From Malacoraja senta (lineage: Eukaryota): a DNA stretch of 64,000 nt. The notes under the pieces were generated by a model. It saw only the letters and a program-made list of their open reading frames with translations, searched no databases and was not told where the DNA came from. The stretch lies in the NCBI GenBank assembly GCA_038087875.1, contig CM075987.1:14694001-14758000 (forward strand), given 5' to 3'. The position numbers were made by a program, and so were the translations under genes. Of the stretch, positions 51,091 to 63,960 are shown in pieces (positions within the stretch are counted from its first letter, which is position 1; each line of letters starts with the position of its first letter).

Positions 51091-52517
51091 TTAATGAGGT
51101 GACAATAAAGCCAAAGGTTACCCATGGTTTATTTCTCTCAAATCATATTTCTACTGAGCTGTTGGAAATGGCAGCATGCCAGTTCAGCGCTAAACATAGC
51201 TGTCTTTTCTTCTCACTATAAAACAACTCCAATTGGAATTCATCTGGGAGCAAGGGGCTGGTCTCTGTAGTAAAAGGTAACAGGATCCGGCCTCTGACCC
51301 CATTAACTGTTCCATCGCAGGACAGTTAAGGTCAGCAGCAGCGTCAGAAAGGTCATAACTGGAAAACCAGGTTTGTCTGCAATTTCCCAGTTACAGTTTA
51401 GGTCAATATTAATCTGTTCAGGGTCCAGAGAATCACACTGTGTGATGTGTAAAGGCTGTTTGTATTGGTTAGAATAGGTCGTAACCTTAATTTCAACTAC
51501 AAGTCACTGAGGAAAGCCAAACAGAATAATCTTTTCAGAAATGAATTTCTGTGGTGATTATTCTGGGCTCTGCAAATTCCCCCCATTGAATTGTGCTTGC
51601 AAACCTTTTTAATCGTGGAATGTAGCACGCAGTGGCACAACCAAGACTTATCTTCAGAGTGGAATTCTCAGCTTTATAATGAGGAGCCATGTTATTAACA
51701 TGATGTTTATCATGTTGCATTATAATTGGCAGCCTTATTATCAGAGAAGGGTGCATCAGACTGGTTTAGTCAGAACTGCTGTCACAATGGGAGCCTCATC
51801 AGCATGGGTGTGGCAGGCATTGTAAAAACTGAGTGTCTCATCACCAATGCAATGTAGCGTAATATTACTGAGAATTCTGCAGTAGATGTGAAAAACACTG
51901 GTCCATTAGACCGCCAATAGGATCAAGTTTCATTATGTAGTTCAGGGTGTTGTTGAATAGATACTTACTTTTCATTATCTGAGCTACTGGGGAAAAATAC
52001 ACAGGCTAGAGACGTCAATGTGGCTCTTGTCTTTACTAAAAATATGACCTTTGCCAATGTTGCTCATTCATTAATTCATCATTCAGGCGGGCACCTTTTG
52101 TGCTAGTGTTTAGATAGTGAATATCATCTGGAGATGAGGTATGTCAAACTGAACCAATGTCATCCAATATCATCCATTCATACTATCATGAGCAAGACCC
52201 TGGATTGCAGTCTACCAAGCTGGAATCCTACCATTTCCTTCAACCTCTCCTTCTCTCTGCTTTTGTTATACCAGGGCAGCTGTGACTAAAACTCTATCAT
52301 TTTCTCCGTGGTGGAATGTAGCTACGTTAGAATAGACCAATAATGGAATCTGGGATCGTTTTGCACAAAGGAGGGGAATAATCTGTAGCATTCTGATGTT
52401 TCTGTAATTTCACTTAATGTCTGGGTGAAATAGTATCAATCCTGGTAATTGCCTTAATTTGGAAGCTATTGTTTTTATAGGCAAAGAATATTCCTAATTT
52501 AATAGGTTGGAGTTGGT

Positions 52518-52542
52518 TTATTATTATTATTATTATTATTAT
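52518..52542 (+). repeat. (TTA)n microsatellite at the tail of an antisense retroposon end
   Basis: Direct inspection; followed by gtgtactgagataaagtgaaaaa. Confidence 0.85.
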
Positions 52543-54069
52543 GTGTACTGAGATAAAGTGAAAAACCTTGTCCTGCCTGCGATTCTGTCAAAACATACCA
52601 TGCATGAATACAATCGAGCCATACACAAGTACTTGGAAAAGAGATTTAAAAGAGTAGGATTGTAACGGATGATAATAGATCCTCCGCTGGGAACAGCAGG
52701 CAAACGGTCGCCACACTCCTGCGCTTTGTAGAATAGAGGGAAAAATAATTTTTACTGACATAATCCTCAAAATGATCAGACAAATGAGTTCTCATGGTTT
52801 AGATTTTCTAAAGAATCTGGCGATCCTCATCTATCAGTTGCTTGGAGGATACAGACGATAATTGACTCTGACTGGGCATTCTTTACAAACATCAACTCTT
52901 TTTTGATAAAGCAGACATCATTTCTGGTTTAGCACAACCGGTTGAATATTCATTAGTTCATATTGTACCAAAGTGATGTATTGAACCACACTTGGTAAAT
53001 CACATTCCAAAGCCACTTCTACATATTTTATGGACTGCAGTTGATTGTGAGATTATTATGGTAATTGCATTATCCTCCTTCATTCTTAACGTGAACCCTG
53101 GCAATTTCAGATGTGATGGAAATTATTCTCTCAAATCATGGGATTTGATATGAGTTCATGGCTGAATATCATTAATATTCTAAATGGTGGAACTTGGTTA
53201 TGGGACGCGTGATCAGTGAATTGCCACTTAGGACAGGCTGAAGTTAGATCCTGAATGAGCAAACCTTGTGATTAATCCAGAAAATGTAAAATGCTATTCT
53301 GAGTTTAATGGGCACTTCATGCATTATTGAAAAGGCAGAAAGCACTGTTGGAGTCCAGCAGAGTTTAGGCATAAGAAATGTAAGCTGCTTACATTTCAGT
53401 AAGTGACTCACCATCGATGCATCAAAAACACTTCCCGTAAAATGTGTTCACAACCAGCAGTGCTATTATGCAGATTCTATTAACAGGTTATTGATTTTAC
53501 ACTGTTTCTGTAGGCAGTTCACTGGAACAGAAGGGATAAATATCCATTGGTGAAATTAACTACAAATGTCAGGAAGGCTTTGGTACAACAGCCCCTCAGG
53601 TTCCTGTTGGTGTCCCTGCTCCCCACTATCTCAACTGTGCCCCAGTCCCCCTATTGGCTTGCTCCCCACCTAAGCTATTCTCTGCAACAAACGTGTTCAC
53701 CTGTGGCAGCATCTTTCTCCTCCACACCAGTTCGGGTGGGAGACTGTCCGATCCCTATGTTCATGCTACTTCCTGTATTGTACTTGGCATACCCCACATT
53801 CATGCTGCCCTTTACTCTTGCTCCTCAACTATAAGCTCATGGTGTTCCAGCTCCCTCTGTGTATTTTCAAGCTTGCTAATCCCATGTCTTCTTGCTGCCT
53901 GTCCCCCTTGCTGCTACTCTTACTACCGATGACCTCATGTTATCTTTGTACCCCCTCCCCCCCCCCCGCACCATGTTGGTCCCTGCTCCATGCTCTTGAT
54001 GCTTCCAAAATTTCTTACTCCAGCCTGTATTTTTGTTCCCCACCATCCCACGTCATTGCTTCCTGCTGC

Positions 54070-54294
54070 CTGCGGGTCAGCGAAGGACGCTGCAAGGTGT
54101 CCATGAAGAAATGGAAAATAACAACTTCCGATGCATGTGTGTGTGGCAAATCCCAAACCATGGAACATATCATGAGATGTAGCCAAGCTCCACAATGTAC
54201 CGAAGATGACCTGGCTGAACCAAATGCCGCTGCGCTCGCCTGCGCCAACCACTGGAAAGACGTAATATCGAAGATGGCCGGACACGAGGAAGAA
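54070..54294 (+). mobile_element. 5'-truncated non-LTR retrotransposon 3' end, Vingi/Ingi-like, CCHC zinc knuckle
   Basis: LRVSEGRCKVSMKKW...CVCGKSQTMEHIMRC...CTEDDL; ends ggacacgaggaagaa. Confidence 0.6.
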
Positions 54295-55715
54295 ACTGCA
54301 AGGATTTTTTGTGCCTCTCCGTGACATCACTGTTTTGAAACTCTGCTTTTTTTTTTGAAAAGCCGAGTTAAAATAGCAGACTTGTAGGAGGCAGGTTCTA
54401 CAAGGTTCAAAATGGATAATTTTCTCGGTGGATAATTTTCTAACAGATTAATGTAACATCTCACATCAACCCATACTAAAATCTGAGTAGCAGGGGACTC
54501 CTTACTTTTCAGTACTTCATAAGGAAATGTTTAGTGGGAGCGGTGGGTTGGGGCTGGTGGCTGGGGATTAACAGTGCAGTTATGTAATGGATAAGGAGAA
54601 GTGGATTGCCAGGGACAGAGAAATGGATGGCCAGGGACATTGGGGACACACCTAACCACCCTGTCATACAAGCCAGCCTTTGGCAGTGTGGATTCCACAA
54701 AAATTGTACATCAGCCACTTCAGAGCACAAACATATTGGAAACAAATCAAATGGGACTAGTTTAGATGGGGCATCTTTGTCGGCATGGACGAGTTGGGCC
54801 AAAGGGTCTGTTCCCGAGCTGTCTGACTTTAAGTCATCCTTGGCCTTAGAACTGCCTAGGAAGGTCGGGCAATGGTGCGAATAGGTGGTGGGGGAATCTC
54901 CTGTTGTAGATGTATCCCTGATTTGGTTTACCTCCATGTTTAGTCACTGTGAGGCTCATGCACTGAGAAGGAATGGGATTGGTGAGAGGATGGAAATTTA
55001 ATATGAAACACTCCTCGCGTTTGATTTGTTTGAAGCCTGCTCCTGGCGGCACCGCGTTCCATGTACTACACAGTGTCAGATGCAACACTATTTTTAACAT
55101 TGTAGTTTAAAGTATAGACGTGATAAAAGTGTAGATAAAACCTGAGAAACCAAAGGCTTCCTGCAGCTTTAGAATACCAAGCCTGTTCCTTAATGAAATA
55201 TGCTGACGGCGTGGACTTGCCCCCTCGCTCTGTACACAGGACTGGTAGGGGCAATATGTAAGCGCTGTAAATCACAATGCTTTACTGCAACTTCCTGCTA
55301 TAGTCGCCAGTCTCACATTGTGTGTCTTTTCATAGATAAGTATACTCAGACACACCCACATCGGCACAAACACATAGATAAACACACACATATAAACTCA
55401 TTCGAATCTGCATAACACTCATGCTGAAACGTAGAACATAAATGAGCAAATTTCCTGCTTCGTAATTCAATGACTGTCGCTGCTCAATCATTCTACTTCA
55501 CGCCGAATAATTATAGTTATTTGGAGCATTTTGTTCCCCCCTGCCTCTTATCATTGTGTATCTCAGCCGCGGTGGGGAAGGTGCAGGTGAGCTGTGTGCA
55601 GGGGATGAGATGGGGAAAGTGCAGTCAAACGCATTGTGAGGAGCTGCAGCTGAACTAGACATTACCTCATCTCCCTGTAGCCCCACGGGCACCATGCATC
55701 GGGGGGAGGGGCAGG

Positions 55716-55740
55716 GAGAGAGAGAGAGAGAGAGAGAGAG
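55716..55740 (+). repeat. (GA)n microsatellite
   Basis: Direct inspection. Confidence 0.95.
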
Positions 55741-57319
55741 CCGCATCAATCCAGGCTGCGTCAGGTGCCCGAGTGCTAATAAAAACTCATCTCAATCAAT
55801 CGACATGATTAATATTTCGATCAGCAGCAAACACAATAATATACCTTTTGCGGCATTTAACGCTCAATTTCCCCGTAATTTATGTTCAGTGTGTAAAAAA
55901 AAAAATGCACAGCTATCAATGTAAAATGTAAATAAGCTGCTATAAATAAAAAAGGGATAATAAAAACGAAGGAGATTGACTTCACACGTTAAAAACAAAC
56001 CGATGGTGATATTACTAATCTGCTGCTGTGGGGCTGGGGCTGGTTTTCTTTGGCCTATCCCTCCTCTCCCCTGGATTTACACAGCTAGCTTTCTTCCTAC
56101 TTCGTCCCCAGTTCACCCTCAACCAAATTACTAAAATGGTTATCATCTTACTGATTTACGGTGTGCAAATTCAGTTCCTCCACATTATAATAAAGATTAC
56201 CCTTCAGAATTATTTTGTTGGCTGTCAGGGACTTGAGGGTCCTCTTGAAAGGCACCATTCAAATAAAAGTTTGTCCCTTCTACAGACACCACCCAACATG
56301 CTCGCAATTCATGGAATAAATGGGACTCTAATTAGGGAATAACATTCCTCTATACCCTGAACTACAGGCGCTAGTCCCACCTCCCATATGTTCCCATAAA
56401 CTATGAATTAGAGCTGTGTGTGTACACTATATGGTAATGAATGCTGAACTGCAATGGCACATCATTAACCAGGGCATGTAATTATCAGCAGTGTGTTCTC
56501 TTATTTAGTCTTGCCCCTGATTGTGAAGAGCAAGGAGAGGGGCAAGCTGATAAACAATTAATTAGAGTTTACAATTAAAAGCACCAGGAATATTAAAACT
56601 GCTCAAATATGTTACCGGGGAGGCAGCAAGATATCATCAGTCAGAGATCATTAAATGTTGATCATTTCAAAGCAGGACAGATCAAAAAGATGGGTGAAGG
56701 TTTTGCAGCACAAAGCTGCTGTCCTGCTGCACATTCTCATGTGCATGACACATCCGATGATTCAAAGATGACACAAAGCTGGGTGACAGTGTGTGTAGTC
56801 AGGATGATGCACAGAGGCCCCAAGGGGTATTGGGAAGGTAAGTGAAAGGGCAAGGCCATGGCAGAAAATGTGAAGGCATCCTTGTTGATATCAATAAATA
56901 AAAGATATATAAAATATAATATTTGTTGTGAGAGATTGAAAGGTTGGAGTTCAAAGTCTGAAGAAGGGTCCCAACCCGAAACATCATCTGTCCTTTCCCT
57001 CTACAGATGCTGTCCGACCCACTGTGTTCCTCCAACAGTTTGTTATTTTTGCTCAGGTGTTGAGAGGCACCTGGGTGTCTATGCCCATGAAAGATGACTT
57101 GTTGATACAGAAAGCAAGCAGGGAGGCAAATGGTATATTATGTACAGTACTGGTCTCCCTAGAGGAAGAGCTGCAAGAACTCACCAGATTGATACTTGGG
57201 ACAAGGGTGGAAGTTTGTTCTATTAGGAGAGATCTAGTAGACTAGGCCTACGCTCCCTCGTTTAAAAGAGTGAGGGATAAATATACAGCATTATGACATG
57301 GCTTGACAGGGTAGAGTCA

Positions 57320-57930
57320 TTGAACTATACACTACGGAAATAAGACCTTTGAGTCAACTTGTCCACATGCTGACCAAGTTGCCTAACCAAGGTAGTCCCA
57401 CTTGCCTGCTCCTGACCCATATCCCTCCAAACTTTTCCTATCCATGTACCTTCCAAATGTCTTTAAATATTGTAATTCTACCACTTCATCTGGCAGCTCG
57501 TTGCATATATCTATCGCCCTCGATGTGAAAAAGTTGCCCCCAGTTCTTGATAAATCTTTCCCTTCTCACTTTAAACTCATGTCCCCAGGTTCATGATTCC
57601 CACTCTGGATAAAAGACTGTGGTTATTCACTTTATCTAAGTCCCTCGTGATTTTCTATAGCTCTATCAGGTCACGCAGCAGCTTCCTATACTATGAGGGA
57701 AAAAGACACCACCTATCTAGCCTCTCCTCATAACTCCAGACCTAATAACATCCTTGTATCTTTGTTGCACATTTGCCAGTTTAATAACAGCCTTCCATTA
57801 ACAGGGCAACCAGATCTATACAAAGCATTCCAAAATCCTAACTCCTGTACCCAGTGATTCCAACAATGAAGGCAAGTGTGCAAATACTCTTCCCCACCCT
57901 GTCTATCGGTCTTCACTTTTGTGGAACAAT
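57320..57930 (-). mobile_element. CR1/HER1-like LINE 3' fragment, degenerate
   Basis: Same tail and ORF2 C-terminal motifs as 48783-49155. Confidence 0.7.
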
Positions 57931-60054
57931 GATATTGTGGCATCCAGCCACACACAATGTAAACAGCTGAGATCTTGTGACATTGGGACGCAGGTGATAC
58001 CAGGCATCATTTTATTGTTCAAAATCCATGCTTATAGTATTGGCTTCATTCAAGCTGGCCTTACACAGCTGGCTGCCTGACAAAAGTAAGGCTGCTTGGA
58101 AGATTAATTTTAAGAGAAGAATAACAATAATCAGCCTGAATTGGCACTTGCAACCACGTTGCATCTTTAATGTAATAAAACATCCTCGAAGGAACATAAT
58201 CAGGTAAAATACCATGCTAGTGGGCAATGACCAAGAACTTGGGCAAAGAGGTATCTTGTAATTTACTTCTTAAATGAGGAAAGCTGAAACGTTGAGAAAG
58301 GGAATCTTAGAGTGAAACCTGAGCTTCGTTGGAGTGTTGTAGGAAATGGATTTACACAAGAGATAAATGTTGGAGAAATGCGATCACGGAGTGCTGGAGA
58401 AAGTCACACTGTTAAAGTGAAGTCAATCAGAGTCGAAAGAAAGGTCTCGACCCAAAACCATGTTCTCCAGAGATGCTGCCTGACCTGCCGAATTACTCCA
58501 GCATTGTGTGTCCTTTTGTGTATTAACCAGCATCTGCAGTTCTTATTTTCTAAATCTGAGGTGATTTGTATATGTGATGGAAATTTAAAAACTAGGTGAG
58601 TGACTTGCTTTCAATCCTATGTTTTATAATATATGAAGTCTAATTCCAGAGTCGAACTAGAACACAAAATACTGGAATTACTCAGCGGGTCTAACAGCAT
58701 CCACTAGATAGATTTCTAGTTTTTTTTTCTGCACCTGCAGCATTTTGTTTTTGTAATTTCCTCGTGGATTTATTCAGTTCTTGATCTGTTTTGGGCACAA
58801 AGCAATGATGTATATATTGGAGGGTTAGTGTTACTGATCTAATGTATTTTTAAACCATTTTTCCCATCCCATTCCTTTATTTGATCCCATCCTGTCTTAA
58901 AAGCATCAATTTGGACCAGAGCTAGGCTGTAAGAAGTGTTCACGGAATAAACTAGGCTGACTGTCTTTTTCCAGGAATCACTACTGTGCCTTAGCTTTGA
59001 TGTGACTTGCACACCTTGTAGCCTTAATGTTTCTTTCAGTTCCATTTCCACTCTCCTCTCATTTTGTCTTTTCTCCTGTTCTGTCCACTTGCTCATGAAT
59101 GTCTGGCCTCTTTTTGTCTTATTCTTACAGTCGTGTAACTAGCCTTTCTCAATTTGTGCAACGTCCTTCTACACACCATCTCTCCCTCTTTGTCTTCCTG
59201 TCCTTAGAACCGGCAGTTTAAACCTTACATTGTACCAGTACCCCTGGGAATCTCGAAGAGCAGAGTAAAAATATAATATGACATCACCAGCTGACCTGCA
59301 TCCGCACCGCGGTGTGTGTGTGTGTATTTGCAGTCGCAATAGCCGAACACATCAAATTAGCACAAAGGAATCAAAAGCAATTTCACACAGACAAACCCTC
59401 CAGGGCTGGCTAGTAAATTAGGAGCAAACAGAATGAGTTTGGAAAAAAGCTATCACCATGATCATGAGCAGGGTTGATTATAAGAATATTTTAACTTTCA
59501 TGTTATATGAATTGACTGCTAAACCTCAGTCACATATATAGCAAGGCCACCGCTCCCTCATATACCACACCTCACATATTACTGTTTACTACACCACACT
59601 CATTCCGTGGAGTACGCCCCTCATTACATTGTCCAATGCAACATGCCTCCATTTACACCCTAACCTCCAGCTATATTTAAAAAGCCGCTTGAAACTTCTC
59701 TTCATGGTGACAAGCACAGATGCAATATAGTCTGTGGCAAACTCAGATGAGATAATTGAAACAAATTGACCATGGGACACACTTTGAAGTACTGTTCCCC
59801 CACAAAAGATAGTGACGTATCAAATTTTCCAAAGTGTAAGACAACATGTTACAAGGGGGAGCTATATTTGGGACACATTCTTAGTTATTTGTGACGCCTC
59901 ATGTTAAAACGTATGACATAATCACCTCTCTGCCATATTGCACCTTGATATATGGGCACTATTTAAGGGCACAAAATAAATGCTGAATAATACCTTGTGA
60001 TTTGTTGTCTCCTGTATCTGAGTAATATTTAAAGCATGTTCCTTTATTCCCAAA

Positions 60055-60335
60055 TGCAGGAACATATAACTACAGATACTGGTTTAAACCAAAGATAGAC
60101 ACAAAGTACTGTGTTAATATGTAACTGGTAAACAAATTGTGTTTTGGTTATGATATGTATATGGTTCTAATAAAAATATTAAAAAAATAAAAATAATAAT
60201 AATAATAAAAACCCAAAGTACTGGAGTAATTCAGCAGGCCAATCCAAACAAGGGTCCCGACCCGAAACATCACCTATCCTTTTCCTCCAGAGATGCTGAC
60301 AGACCCACTGAGTTACTCCAGCACTTTGTGTCTAT
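60055..60335. mobile_element. Fold-back PLE-derived element containing a ~100-bp polyadenylated insert
   Basis: Insert 60112-60213 is flanked by CAAAGTACTG (60102-60111, 60214-60223), with AATAAA at 60169 and an A-rich tail. Confidence 0.75.
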
Positions 60336-60829
60336 CTCTCTTTTATTTCTAAGTTGTTTCTTCTGAGTTGCTTAGAGCATTATTCCAATGATTAATCTTC
60401 AAATCCTGGAGACATCAGGATATTCTGTCAACGATTGGCAACCTAACATCTGTGATAGTCAGGCATTGCGAAGGATGGAAAGATAGTGGAGTAATTTAGT
60501 GTGGTTCTGTTGTTGGTGTTTTACCGTGTCTAGTGGGGCTTTAATATAGTGCAATATACCTCTACGTTAAAGCAGTTTGCGGAACATCAATTTGCCTATA
60601 TGGAATTCAGAATTCACTTCCAAAACTATTTACCTTTGTTTTAGTATATTATGGTCACATTTACCGAGATATAGTGAAAAACTTTGCTTTAGGTGGTATC
60701 CAGCCAAGTCATGTCATGAGCACTAAGCGACTTTGAATCCTGAAAAGCGCTATATAAATAAAATCTATTATTATTATTATTATTACAATCATACGCAAGT
60801 AAACAAGTGGAACAATTGTAGTTGTCAAT

Positions 60830-61130
60830 TGTAGCTGGTAGAGCTGATGCCTCACAGTGCCAGAGACCCAGGTTTGATCCTGACCTCAGATGCTGACTGT
60901 GTGGAGTTTGCATGTAACTGCATAGGTTTCCTCCAGGTGCCCGTTTCCTTCCACGTTCCAAAAGATGTGTGGGTTGGTTGGCTAATTCGCTTCTGCAAAT
61001 TGTCCCCTGTGTGGGTGAATAGCAGAGTCTGAGGGGCGTAGTTGATGAGAATAAGGAGAGAGTTTTGAAAATGGGATTAATGTAGGATTATTGTAAAGGG
61101 GTGGTTGATGGTAGGCAGGGATTTAGTGGA
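60830..61130 (+). mobile_element. V-SINE/HE1-like SINE
   Basis: gctggtagagctgatgcctcacagtgccagagacccaggtttgatcctgacc.. V-domain.. atgggattaatgtagg. Confidence 0.8.
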
Positions 61131-61137
61131 CAGAAAT

Positions 61138-61320
61138 TGGGAAATTTATAGAGGCCAATTAACCCTCAAACTCACCCGTCTTTGGGATGTGGGAGAAAAC
61201 TGGGGGGAAACCTACATGCTCATTAGGAAAACATGCAAACACCACACGAACAGCACCCGAGGTCAGGATTGAACCTGGGCAGTGTGAGGTAGCAGCTTTA
61301 CCAGCTGCGCCATTGTGCCA
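61138..61320 (-). mobile_element. V-SINE/HE1-like SINE (tail-to-tail with the previous copy)
   Basis: gtctttgggatgtggga..catgcaaacaccacac..ggtcaggattgaacctggg..ccagctgcgccattgtgcc. Confidence 0.8.
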
Positions 61321-61719
61321 TTCATTGGATGCTATATATCCTATCTTACAGCAATTAATACAGTCCAAAAGTATTTCCTTGGTCTAAAGTACTCAGGGAC
61401 AACCTAAGATAATTAACAGTATTTTTTAATTTGTGTTAATGTGTACTGTGTGAAAGAGCAACACTTTAAAAGCAGCTGTGGCCCAACAGTGACACAATTT
61501 GTTAGCATTGGTCCCGGAATTTTGGTCAGCTATGTTCCAAAACAAAGTTAAAGTAACTGTTACAGCCTTGATGTAGTGATGTGTTGGAAGATCCTGTTGA
61601 AGGTTTCAGAATATAAATGTCTGAGAACCTGAAGCTGTTCCAATTTTGACGAGTTTTGAATATCAAAAGTGCCTGATACCAGTCTAATTTGAAAAACCTC
61701 AACATAGGTTTTCTGTCAT

Positions 61720-62030
61720 TTAGTTAGGTTTAGAGATACAGCGCAGAAAGAGGCCCTTCGGCCCACCGAGTCCGCACCGACCAGTGATCCCTGCACATTA
61801 ACACTACCCTACACACACTAGGGACAATTTTATATTTATAACCAAGTCAAGTATCCAACAAACTTGCACGTCTTTGGAGTCTGGGAGGAAATGAAAAATC
61901 TTGGTGAAAACTCACTCAGGTCACGGGGAGAAAGTACAAACTCCGTACAGACCGCACCCGTAGTCAGTTTCAAACCCGGGTCTCTGGTGCTGCAAGGCAG
62001 TAGCTCTACCGCCACGCCATGCCACCGTGC
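61720..62030 (-). mobile_element. Young V-SINE/HE1-like SINE
   Basis: CpG-retaining copy: tttagagatacagcgcagaaagaggcccttcggcccaccgagtccgc...ctctaccgccacgccatgccaccgtgc. Confidence 0.85.
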
Positions 62031-62368
62031 TGTTACATAACATCTGGGGTACAGTCTGTCCAGTTTAGGCATTTTCCTTTCAGGGCTTTTTGATGTCTAT
62101 TCAATTTAGAAAATCTCATCAAGTCTCTCAACATTTATGGTAAGTAATATCCATCAAGTTTAGGCATTTATTTCCAGTGCAGGGGGAACCTTCCAGAACA
62201 ATTGCCCAGGAGCTCTGGAGTAGTAGTCAGAAATCTTTAGGACAAGTTGGTAGAACTTACTGAGCCAAGCACATGTTCCAATCCAAATTAACAACAGACA
62301 AGCCCAGGTGTTACTTCAAAAAAAGTGCCAAATTATTACTAACATCCAGTTTCCATTGTTTCCTCCAG

Positions 62369-62497
62369 TTTTCGAAGGATAAATATATCCTGGATTCCAG
62401 TCCTGAGAAACTGCACAAAGAGTTGGAGGAGGAGCTAAAACTGAGTAGCACAGACCTGCGGAGTCACGCCTGGTACCATGGGCGCATCCCACGCGAG
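62369..62497 (+). CDS. SH2D3C: SH2D3C coding exon FSKDKYILDSSPEKLHKELEEELKLSSTDLRSHAWYHGRIPRE (start of SH2 domain)
   Basis: Acceptor ttgtttcctccag| at 62368, donor GAG|gtaatg at 62497, 129 nt (43 codons). Contains the SH2 start motif WYHGRIPR. The YILDSSPEKLHKE and KLSSTDL residues fit SH2D3C rather than BCAR3. Confidence 0.96.
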
Positions 62498-63400
62498 GTA
62501 ATGGAAAACGGCACCTTAAATTGGTTCTCAGTTAACAAAGGGGCCAATTATATCATGCCTATAACATTATTGTTGGAGCAAAAGTTATTATTACCACAAA
62601 CTATTACTATTACTTGTAACTATTACAAGTGCATAATATATTGTGCAGATGATAATATTGTAACAAAGGCAGCTATTTATGGAATTACAGTGTGATTTAG
62701 TAGGTGCAATTTTTCTCAAAAGCTGTTAGTATAAAATTCCTCAAGCTCCCTCGACGTTCTGTGCCTCTTGCATGTTGTGAAGTTGGTGCAGAGGAAAATC
62801 ATTGCTTTCCTGTTTCATTGTTGCTTCTTGGTGAACCACCAATTGCTGAATGCTCGGGCTCCCCCTTATGGAGCAGAAATAGTTGAGAGAGTGACTCCAG
62901 AAAATAGCACAGCCAGCAGGTTTTGTGAATGTAAGAAAATAATTAGATTACAACAATCACTGATAGTTACTTTTTTTTTTAATGTTTGGAAGCCTTTTAT
63001 AGCTCGCTTTGAAATGCCTGCTTTTTTTTTAATGTTGTTTGCTGTACCCATGGGACATGGATTGACACTGGCAGTAAAACCCTGCCTGTCTAATACTGGG
63101 TATTTACGTGGCATGTTCTGCGCACTAGGCTACTGAAGTCAGCATTTCCAAATTAAAAACCCTTTCAAATACTTTATTAAATTATTTCAATTTTTATGAT
63201 ATAAATCAGTGTTGTAATTTATTCTCTTATTAACACACATCTTCTCCAGGATATCTGGCTGGATTTTCTATTCACATCAGGCTTTCCACAAATTTTCACA
63301 ATTTGTAAGGTACCAAAGCTGAACTTCAGTGGTCAGCTTCAGCAAAGAGGCGCAGAAGTTGGCAGAGGAATTGACTTAAACGAAACACCTAGTAAATTGG

Positions 63401-63504
63401 TCACCCATTCCTTCTCTCCAGAGATGCTGTCTGTCCAGCTGAGTTACTCCAGCATTTTGTGTCTACCTTCGATTTAAACCAACATCTGCAGTTCTTTCCT
63501 ACAC
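63401..63504 (+). mobile_element. Single-arm PLE-derived element with 9-bp TSD
   Basis: GTAAATTGG at 63392-63400 and 63505-63513; arm tcacccattcc...gcagttctttcctacac. Confidence 0.85.
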
Positions 63505-63629
63505 GTAAATTGGCTGCTGTTCATTTTTGCACTGACTTCAGGGGAGAAATTGTTTTAACCATGGAAACTATATTTACAGATTAGGCCTGTGAATTTCAAC
63601 TTGCTAAAATACAGACGGAACACCTAAAT

Positions 63630-63960
63630 GGACATCAAAAATGGGAACCCCTCTTCAGACTGATTGGAATAGGGGGGAGAAAGTTGGATAGAGAGATGGG
63701 GGGCGAGATTAAGTCTGGCAAGTGATAGGTGGATACAGGTGTGGGAGATGGTGATGGGTGCAGTAAGTGACACAGGTGAGAGATGCAAAGGAAACAATAG
63801 GGTGTCAGAAAACGGAGAGATGTGGAGGAGTGAAATGTTGAGCTAGTGGGGGGTATTTGTGTGGAACGGGGCAGGGGGTGGGAAAGGAGTATGTGTGTGT
63901 GTGGGGGGTGGGATAAGAGGGAAATGTGAGAGTCTGCGATTGTCACGTGTATCGAGTTAC
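63630..63960 (-). mobile_element. Penelope-like 3' region with degenerate hammerhead core
   Basis: cccctcttcagactgatt followed by a purine-rich tract (gataggtggatacagg), as in the other PLE arms at 5500-5700 and 40420-40560. Confidence 0.55.

Noticed and set aside
60830-60895. tRNA genes at SINE heads
   Set aside because: The A/B-box-like heads run directly into the V-domain and have no intact cloverleaf.
62273-62695. 140-aa ORF as a complete gene
   Set aside because: Only 62369-62497 is exonic; the flanks are intron read-through past clear splice sites.
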